Source: Dehalococcoidia bacterium (lineage in GTDB: Bacteria > Chloroflexota > Dehalococcoidia > E44-bin15). From it: a stretch of 35,947 bases of DNA. The position numbers and the translations under genes were made by a program. The notes under the pieces are model-generated. The model was not told where the DNA came from, made no database searches, and saw only the letters and a list, made by a program, of their open reading frames with translations. Positions 19,003 to 25,099 of the stretch are shown in pieces (position 1 is the first letter of the stretch; each line of letters opens with the position of its first letter). The stretch lies in contig SOJQ01000083.1 of the NCBI GenBank assembly GCA_004376075.1, forward strand, positions 1 through 35,947. The letters are read 5' to 3'.

Positions 19003-19014
19003 GTAACTCACCCC

Positions 19015-20118
19015 TTATTTTGGAAGTAAAGGATAAAAGCCATTAAAATAGTCAAATATTTCTTTTGTATCTTTAAATATGGTGTTGACCTTTTCCTCTG
19101 CCCCTTCTTGCGAATCAACTTTGGTAATTTTACTCTCGTCACTGTGCATCATAAAATGACGGCTCATATCAAGACATAAACTTATTTTTTTAAGCATCGT
19201 GTCTCCGTACTTTTCTTTATCGCAAATGGCCTTTCTTTTCAAATGTGTGCGATCACTCAGAGTGGAAAAATTGGCATTTTTTGTCTTAAAATGATCTGTC
19301 TCAAAAAGTCCTATATCAATAAGAAGTTTTTTTGCAAAACCCTCAAAAGCCTTAGAAGCAGGCATCACTAAAGGAGAGAACTCCGGTAGAGGAATTTTGG
19401 TTAAGCAAAGGCATTCGGATGCTACAAACCATTTTCTGTCGTAAGGTTCAAGATAGTCATAGACATCCCCTATTTTTTCTTTTACCTTATTCTCCGCTAT
19501 AACTATAAGTTGAGGCGTATATTTAGCAGCAAAAATTTCCAAATTCTTTTCATCGCTTGATATAAATCTGGCTATTACTTCCTTATCTGATGGGCTGGCA
19601 ATTCTTTCGACCAGGTCACAGCTATCATTAAAAAGCTTGTCCGTTTTACCTTGAAGCAATAAAGTGCCATTATTAAACTGCGTCAAGGTTAAAGAAGAAC
19701 CATTTCTGGTAGTTTTAGCTCTATATTCGATAACAGAGGTTGAACTTTCAGTAATTTCTACTGTTGCTTCAAGCGTATTTAAAGCCTCTTTTATTTCTGT
19801 TCTGAATTGAGGTAGCATAATGTCATACCTTGTTGTACATGCTTTTATTTCTGATGTCTCGTGTCCAAGAAAAGACAGCGGATTGGCTTCAAACTCCCGT
19901 TTTAATTTCTCCATCTCAGCCTTCAATGAGTTTTGTTTGCCTTGAAGCTGCACTGTGCCATTATAATATATTTTAACTATTGTTCTTTCAGATAAGTTTG
20001 ATATATCAATTCTCAAGTTGTTTGATTCTTCAGATTGCTCGACCTGGTAGCTTCTACTATCACAGTAATCTGTAAACACTTTTGCTCTTTCATAAGTATT
20101 GGGAATAGATTTAGGCAT
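19015..20118 (-). CDS. RnlA/LsoA-like HEPN endoribonuclease toxin (island gene A)
   Basis: It has two TBP-like repeats (IVKIYYNGTVQLQGK and LTLTQFNNGTLLLQGK) resembling the RnlA NTD/NRD and the RNase HIII N-domain. The C-terminal domain carries the HEPN R-x4-H motif RHFMMH (residues 320-325, nt 19144-19161). E. coli RnlA has ERHSLFH at almost the same position, as I recall it. AGGGGG lies about 10 nt upstream of ATG 20118. Confidence 0.7.
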   Translation of the reverse strand: MPKSIPNTYERAKVFTDYCDSRSYQVEQSEESNNLRIDISNLSERTIVKIYYNGTVQLQGKQNSLKAEMEKLKREFEANPLSFLGHETSEIKACTTRYDIMLPQFRTEIKEALNTLEATVEITESSTSVIEYRAKTTRNGSSLTLTQFNNGTLLLQGKTDKLFNDSCDLVERIASPSDKEVIARFISSDEKNLEIFAAKYTPQLIVIAENKVKEKIGDVYDYLEPYDRKWFVASECLCLTKIPLPEFSPLVMPASKAFEGFAKKLLIDIGLFETDHFKTKNANFSTLSDRTHLKRKAICDKEKYGDTMLKKISLCLDMSRHFMMHSDESKITKVDSQEGAEEKVNTIFKDTKEIFDYFNGFYPLLPK

Positions 20119-20146
20119 CTCTTAAACCCCCTAAAGTATTTCTATG

Positions 20147-20175
20147 ATATAACCCCTTTCATTACTTGCTTCCAA
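20147..20175 (-). promoter_or_regulatory. Putative promoter of the island operon
   Basis: On the minus strand: TTGGAA (20175-20170), a 17-nt spacer and TTATAT (20152-20147), about 30 nt upstream of the gene A start. It is a weak -10 match and a sequence match only. Confidence 0.25.
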
Positions 20176-20451
20176 AGGCATTTCATATAACATCGTATTA
20201 GACGAACTCGCTTGCCCAGAGCGGGACTGGAAACCGGCCAACCTACAGCCCCAGCTCCTCACTGCCTTCACATCATCGGAAACTTCAACGGGGGGTGATC
20301 CGCTGATTCAGCTCTGGAACTCATGTATCAGGAGCAAGCTCCGATATGGTGAAACCTGCACCTTCAGGTGTTTCCTGGTGATCGATAACCAATCCGTCTA
20401 GCGCTGGGGCTAAATCAGGCCCTATAGGTAATACCTTGATACCCCCTTGCG

Positions 20452-20655
20452 CTAAGCTTCTATCATCCTTATATTCTCTGCCCGGAGGCCTTTAGGTCCT
20501 CTCCCCACATTGAACTCCACGCTGTTGCCCTCTTCTAAAGCGTCAAAATCTATCCCCTCCAAAGCTGAGCGGTGGAAAAAGATCTCTTGCCCATCTTCGG
20601 CACTGATGAAACCGAAGCCCCGGTCCCGGATAACTCTCTTTATCTCTCCTTTCAA
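20452..20655 (-). CDS. csp: Cold-shock protein (CspA family)
   Basis: The 67-aa product carries RNP1-like RGFGFI and RNP2-like IFFHRS (MKGEIKRVIRDRGFGFISAEDGQEIFFHRSAL...). It has a TTG start 8 nt after AAGGAGG. The G+C content is host-like. Confidence 0.9.
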   Translation of the reverse strand: MKGEIKRVIRDRGFGFISAEDGQEIFFHRSALEGIDFDALEEGNSVEFNVGRGPKGLRAENIRMIEA

Positions 20656-20708
20656 GTCTTCACCTCCTTACAGCTATATAGACAAACTCTGGGTTAGCCT
20701 AACCCGCT

Positions 20709-21260
20709 TCACAGCCCCAATTCCGCGGCGATGCCTTGCATCGCCTCAAGACCCAGGGCGATGAATTCCTCAAGCTCAAGCTCGAACTCGCTGCACTTTG
20801 CCATCTGCTCTCGATTTGCCCCTGCGGCGAATCGCTTCTCGCCAAAGCGCTTGATCAGGGACTGAGCGGTGAGCCCAGCGAGCTTTTTATCGGGGCGCAC
20901 CAGGGCGCCAGCAACGATCAAGCCGGTAAGAGGGTCGGTGCAGCAGAGGGCCTTTTCGAGCAGGGTTTCACAGGGGACGCCATGGGCCTCATTGTGGCAG
21001 AGGATGGCGCGAGCCATCCCCTCACTGGCGCCCAGCTCTGTGGCGATGTCCGCCCCTAGCTTGCTGTGGGAATGCATGTCGCCCTCGGTGAGCTCCACAT
21101 CGATGTCGTGGAGGAGCCCGGTAAGCCCCCACACCTCCTCATCCTCGCCAAACCTTCTTGCCAGCGCCCTCATGATGGCCTCAGTGGCCAGCATGTGGTT
21201 AATGAGGTTCCGATTCTCCACATTGGCCCTGACGGAGGCGAGGGCATCATCTCTGGTCAT
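20709..21260 (-). CDS. HD-domain metal-dependent phosphohydrolase
   Basis: Matching segments are NHMLATEAIMRALARRFGEDEEVWGLTGLLHDIDVE (HD motif) and NEAHG. I chose ATG 21260 (MTRDDAL...) with GGAGGA upstream, because the longer ORF-track start would overlap the end of uvrA. Confidence 0.8.
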   Translation of the reverse strand: MTRDDALASVRANVENRNLINHMLATEAIMRALARRFGEDEEVWGLTGLLHDIDVELTEGDMHSHSKLGADIATELGASEGMARAILCHNEAHGVPCETLLEKALCCTDPLTGLIVAGALVRPDKKLAGLTAQSLIKRFGEKRFAAGANREQMAKCSEFELELEEFIALGLEAMQGIAAELGL

Positions 21261-21261
21261 A

Positions 21262-24144
21262 TTAATTTCCTCCTGCCTGAGCAGCCACGCCCACCCTGTC
21301 GCCATCGTGTTTCGCCAGCTTCCCCTTCAGGTATTGCCCGGTGAAGGACCCCTCTTGTTGAGCTATCTCCTCGGGGGTTCCGGTGGCGATGACATATCCC
21401 CCGCGATCGCCTGCTCCAGGACCGAGGTCGATGATGTAGTCGGTGTTCTTGATCATGTCGAGATGGTGCTCGATGAGGATCACTGTATTTCCCGAATCAA
21501 CCAGGCGATGCAGCACTCGAAGCAGCGCTGCCGCATCCTCGAAGGAGAGCCCTGTAGTGGGCTCATCGAGGATGTAAAGGGTCTTTCCCGTTGCCCGTTT
21601 GGAGAGCTCGGTGGAGAGCTTCACCCGTTGCGCCTCGCCACCAGAGAGGGTGGTTGCTGGCTGCCCCAGCTTGATGTAGCCTAAGCCAACATCCTTCAGT
21701 GTCTCTAGCTTGCTTCTCACTTTAGGGAAATGCTCGAAGAACGAAGAAGCCTCCTCAACGCTCATCTCCAGTATCTCGGCAATGTTCTTCCCCTTAAACC
21801 GAATCTCCAGCGCCTCGCGATTGTAGCGTTTCCCCTTGCAAACCTCGCAGGGAACGGTGACATCGGGTAAGAACTGCATCTCGATCTGGATATAGCCCTC
21901 GCCGCGGCAGGCCTCACAGCGCCCTCCCTTGACATTGAAGGAGAAGCGCCCTGGAGGATAGCCGCGCATGCGTGCCTCTGGCACCGTGGCAAAGAGCTCT
22001 CGAATGGGGGTGAAGGTGCCGGTGTAGGTCGCCGGGTTTGAGCGCGGGGTGCGACCGATGGGCGACTGGTCGATATTAACCACCTTATCGATATGCTCCA
22101 GCCCCTCGATGCCATCGCAATCGCCGGGGCGCTCCCTGGATTTATAGAATATCTGGGCCAGCTTCTTATAGAGGATCTCGTCGATGAGGGTGCTCTTGCC
22201 ACTGCCGGAGACGCCGGTGATGCAAACGAATCTCCCCAGGGGGATATGGACATCGATATTCTTCAGATTGTTCTGGCGAGCCCCCTTTATCACCAGCTCA
22301 CGCCCCGAGCCGGGGCGGCGTCTTCTGGGAAGGGGAATCTCCTTGGCTCCGCTGAGATACTGACCTGTTATAGAATCAGGGCAGTTCATGATGTCCTCGA
22401 TGGTCCCGGTGGCCACGATCTCGCCACCGTGCTCCCCGGCGCCGGGACCCATGTCGATGATGTGATCGGCAGCCCTCATCATCGCCTCATCGTGCTCCAC
22501 CACCAGGATGGTGGTGCCCAGGTCGCGGAGCTTCTTCAGGGTATCGATGAGGCGATAGTCGTCAGCGGGATGCAAGCCCACCGTGGGCTCATCGCAGATA
22601 TAAAGCACCCCCATGAGTCCACTTCCGATCTGGGTGGCTAAGCGAATTCGCTGTGCCTCGCCGCCGGAGAGGGTGCTTGAAGGGCGGAGAATGGTGAGGT
22701 AATCCAGTCCCACGTCCTTAAGGAAGCCGAGGCGGGCGCGAATCTCCTTGAGGATCTGGCTGGCGATGATAAGCTCGCGCTGGCTGAGCAAGGGCTTTCT
22801 TTTCCCCTCACCATCGAGCAGCCCGATCCACTCCAGCGCCTGATCCACGGATAGTGCGCTCACCTGAGCGATGTTCTTATCGCCGATGGTCACCGCCAGC
22901 GATTCGGGCTTCAGCCTTTTTCCTTGGCAAGCGGGGCAGGGGCGGGAGGACATATAGCGCTCGATGTCAAAGCGGGTATGGTCGGACTCGGTCTCCCGGT
23001 AGAGGCGCTCCAGGTAGGGGATCACCCCCTCGTAACTGGTGAAATACTCCCGAATTCGGCCATAGCGATTTCGATATCTTATCAGCTCTCCCTCCTCCCC
23101 ATAGAGGATGAGGTTAAGATGGCGCTCGCTTAGCTCTTTAACGGGAACGTGAAGCGAAAAACCATGATATCGAGCCATACTCTCCACTTGGCTGGAGTGC
23201 CAGGAAAACCATCCCCAAGGACGAATAGCTCCTTGGGCTAGGGTGAGTTCTTTATTGGGAATGATCAAATCGGGGTCGATCTCCATCTTCACGCCGAGGC
23301 CGGTGCAGGCAGGACAGGCACCATGGGGGCTATTGAAGCTGAAAGTTCTGGGTGCCATCTCCCCCAGGCTGATGCCGCATTGCACGCAGGCAAAGTGCTC
23401 CGAGAAAAGAAGCTCCTCTCCTTCAATTACGGAGACCAGCACCACCCCAGCACCCAACTTCAGCGAGGTCTCCACGGAATCGGCGAGGCGACTTGCCTGT
23501 TCCCTCCCCTCAATGATCAGCCTGTCGACCACCGCCTCGATGGTATGCCGCTTATTCTTTTCTAGGTCGAAATCCTCGGAGAGGTCGTGGAGGCGCCCAT
23601 CGACCCTAACCCGCACATAGCCCGCCTTCCTCAGGTCCTCAAAAACCCCCTGATGCTCCCCCTTGCGATCCTTGATCAGGGGGGCCATGATCATTATCTT
23701 GGTCCCTGTGGGGAGCTCGAGGAGGGCATCCACGATCTGCTGCACCGTCTGCTGCGTGATCTCCCGTCCACAATTGGGGCAATGAGGGTGGCCAACCCGA
23801 GCAAAGAGCAGCCTGAGATAGTCATAGATCTCGGTTGCCGTGCCCACCGTGGAACGGGGATTTCTTCCCGGTCCCTTTTGGTCGATGGAGATAGCAGGGC
23901 TTAGCCCCTCGATGTAGTCTACGTCAGGCTTCTCCATCTGACCGAGGAACTGACGGGCATAAGCGGATAACGACTCGACATAACGGCGCTGCCCTTCGGC
24001 ATAGATGGTATCGAAGGCTAGGGAGCTCTTCCCTGAGCCGGAGACGCCTGTGATCACCACCAGCTTATCTCTAGGGATAATAACATCTATGTTCTTGAGG
24101 TTGTGTTCTCGGGCGCCTTTGACAAATATTGAATCCAAGGGCAT
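21262..24144 (-). CDS. uvrA: Excinuclease ABC subunit A
   Basis: It has two ABC ATPase modules ([14 protein letters not shown] and [13 protein letters not shown], with LSGGEAQR twice), zinc-finger Cys pairs and the N-terminus [22 protein letters not shown] prefer the start at 24144 over the ORF-track start at 24213. Confidence 0.95.
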   Translation of the reverse strand: MPLDSIFVKGAREHNLKNIDVIIPRDKLVVITGVSGSGKSSLAFDTIYAEGQRRYVESLSAYARQFLGQMEKPDVDYIEGLSPAISIDQKGPGRNPRSTVGTATEIYDYLRLLFARVGHPHCPNCGREITQQTVQQIVDALLELPTGTKIMIMAPLIKDRKGEHQGVFEDLRKAGYVRVRVDGRLHDLSEDFDLEKNKRHTIEAVVDRLIIEGREQASRLADSVETSLKLGAGVVLVSVIEGEELLFSEHFACVQCGISLGEMAPRTFSFNSPHGACPACTGLGVKMEIDPDLIIPNKELTLAQGAIRPWGWFSWHSSQVESMARYHGFSLHVPVKELSERHLNLILYGEEGELIRYRNRYGRIREYFTSYEGVIPYLERLYRETESDHTRFDIERYMSSRPCPACQGKRLKPESLAVTIGDKNIAQVSALSVDQALEWIGLLDGEGKRKPLLSQRELIIASQILKEIRARLGFLKDVGLDYLTILRPSSTLSGGEAQRIRLATQIGSGLMGVLYICDEPTVGLHPADDYRLIDTLKKLRDLGTTILVVEHDEAMMRAADHIIDMGPGAGEHGGEIVATGTIEDIMNCPDSITGQYLSGAKEIPLPRRRRPGSGRELVIKGARQNNLKNIDVHIPLGRFVCITGVSGSGKSTLIDEILYKKLAQIFYKSRERPGDCDGIEGLEHIDKVVNIDQSPIGRTPRSNPATYTGTFTPIRELFATVPEARMRGYPPGRFSFNVKGGRCEACRGEGYIQIEMQFLPDVTVPCEVCKGKRYNREALEIRFKGKNIAEILEMSVEEASSFFEHFPKVRSKLETLKDVGLGYIKLGQPATTLSGGEAQRVKLSTELSKRATGKTLYILDEPTTGLSFEDAAALLRVLHRLVDSGNTVILIEHHLDMIKNTDYIIDLGPGAGDRGGYVIATGTPEEIAQQEGSFTGQYLKGKLAKHDGDRVGVAAQAGGN

Positions 24145-24184
24145 CGCCTTCACCCCTATGGGCAGCATTTTCGGGTGATATTTT

Positions 24185-24213
24185 ATTTTAACACGGGATG
24201 GAAAGCCAAACAA
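24185..24213 (-). promoter_or_regulatory. Putative uvrA promoter
   Basis: On the minus strand: TTGTTT (24213-24208), a 17-nt spacer and TAAAAT (24190-24185), about 40 nt upstream of ATG 24144. This is a sequence match only. Confidence 0.3.
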
Positions 24214-24229
24214 GGGTGCTATATAGCGA

Positions 24230-24258
24230 TTGCATTTACTAGGCGACTAGGATATACT
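24230..24258 (+). promoter_or_regulatory. Putative promoter for the zinc-ribbon gene (or a leader RNA)
   Basis: The elements are TTGCAT (24230-24235), a 17-nt spacer and TATACT (24253-24258). This would give a leader of about 150 nt before ATG 24413. Confidence 0.35.
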
Positions 24259-24261
24259 AGG
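24238..24261 (+). repeat. Three direct ACTAGG hexamers overlapping the promoter spacer and -10
   Basis: ACTAGG occurs at 24238-24243, 24246-24251 and 24256-24261. A fourth copy lies at 24396-24401, next to the Shine-Dalgarno of the zinc-ribbon gene. Confidence 0.5.
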
Positions 24262-24412
24262 CATAGGGTGTAGCCTGGATTCGGTGCCGTTTTTCAGGAT
24301 CGCGGCCCAGGCAAAGTAGGGTTTGCGTAAGATTTTTGGCAATCCGACAGACAGGGTCTTGAGGCGCAAGCTGCATCGGCAAGGGCAACTACCCAACTAG
24401 GAAGGAGGTTGG

Positions 24413-24712
24413 ATGATGGCTTTGGCGGACAAGACTCTGGTATGTCGCGATTGTGGCCGGGAGTTCGTCTTTACTGTTGGTGAGCAGGAATTCTACGAGT
24501 CTCGCGGACTGGAGAGTGAACCCACTCGGTGCCCGGAATGTCGAGCCGCCAGGCGACGCAGTCGCTTCGGTGACTATGAGCGGGGTCCTCGTGAGATGTA
24601 TCCTGCAATCTGCGCCGCTTGCGGCAAGGAGACCGAGGTCCCCTTTCAACCTAGGAGTGGGCGGCCGGTATACTGCGGAGAGTGCTTTGCCAAGATGAGA
24701 GATCGTCGTTAG
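24413..24712 (+). CDS. Zinc-ribbon protein with two CxxC...CxxC modules
   Basis: The first module is LVCRDCGREFVFTVGEQEFYESRGLESEPTRCPECR and the second is AICAACGKETEVPFQPRSGRPVYCGECF. This matches the small duplicated zinc-ribbon family common in several bacterial phyla. GGAGG lies upstream. Confidence 0.8.
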   Translation: MMALADKTLVCRDCGREFVFTVGEQEFYESRGLESEPTRCPECRAARRRSRFGDYERGPREMYPAICAACGKETEVPFQPRSGRPVYCGECFAKMRDRR

Positions 24713-24733
24713 CGCTCCTACTCTTTGAAAAGG

Positions 24734-24779
24734 CGAGACGCCCTTGACAGCTCTTTCTTTTAAGACGTCTCGGCTTTTT
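24734..24779 (+). terminator. Possible hairpin plus T-run between the zinc-ribbon and DUF503 genes
   Basis: CGAGACG (24734-24740) pairs with CGTCTCG (24766-24772) and is followed by GC TTTTT (24775-24779). The 25-nt loop is large for an intrinsic terminator. Confidence 0.25.
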
Positions 24780-24794
24780 GCTCTCGGTGGTGTT

Positions 24795-25088
24795 ATGAAT
24801 ATTGGCGTCTGCAAGGTGAGACTTCGCCTGCCGGAGAATCAAACGCTTAAGGGTAAGCGGCAAATTCTAAAGTCGATCACCGAACGGGTGAAAAATAGGT
24901 ATAACGTTTCCATAGCCGAAGTCGGTGACCAGGAGCTTTGGCAGTTGGTCACCCTGGGGATAACCTGCGTCAGCACCAGCGCTCAACACGCTAACCAAGT
25001 CTTATCAAAGGTGGTGGATTTTATCGAGAAGAGCAGGTTTGATGTGGAACTGCTCGATTACGAGATAGAAATCCTCCACGCCCTTTAG
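24795..25088 (+). CDS. DUF503 (YlxP-like) protein
   Basis: The sequence MNIGVCKVRLRLPENQTLKGKRQILKSITERVKNRYNVSIAEVGDQELWQ fits the DUF503 pattern (SLKxKR, fNvSvaEv). I prefer ATG 24795 over the ORF-track start at 24744. Confidence 0.75.
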   Translation: MNIGVCKVRLRLPENQTLKGKRQILKSITERVKNRYNVSIAEVGDQELWQLVTLGITCVSTSAQHANQVLSKVVDFIEKSRFDVELLDYEIEILHAL

Positions 25089-25099
25089 CGGGAATCATA

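Larger units (their letters stand above)
16742..20200. other. AT-rich, probably horizontally acquired three-gene island (no mobility genes seen)
   Basis: Hand counts on single 60-nt lines give about 28-40% G+C inside (lines 17041, 18661, 19501) and about 58% in the sbcC flank (line 15601). This is not a full computation. Three close-packed minus-strand ORFs fill the segment, and the composition returns to host-like near 20200. Confidence 0.65.

Noticed and set aside
20869-21684. 271-aa plus-strand ORF across the HD-domain gene and the uvrA 3' end
   Set aside because: It is antisense to two well-supported genes. The product is S/A/P/L-rich and low-complexity, which is typical of spurious antisense frames in G+C-rich DNA.
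24145-24213. N-terminal extension of uvrA ([23 protein letters not shown]...)
   Set aside because: UvrA proteins start close to the [19 protein letters not shown] motif. ATG 24144 has a GGGGTGA Shine-Dalgarno, and a plausible promoter lies inside the extension.
24145-24260. Search for a LexA/SOS box upstream of uvrA
   Set aside because: I could find no GAAC-N4-GTTC or CTGT-N8-ACAG type palindrome by eye, so nothing is reported beyond the ACTAGG repeats.
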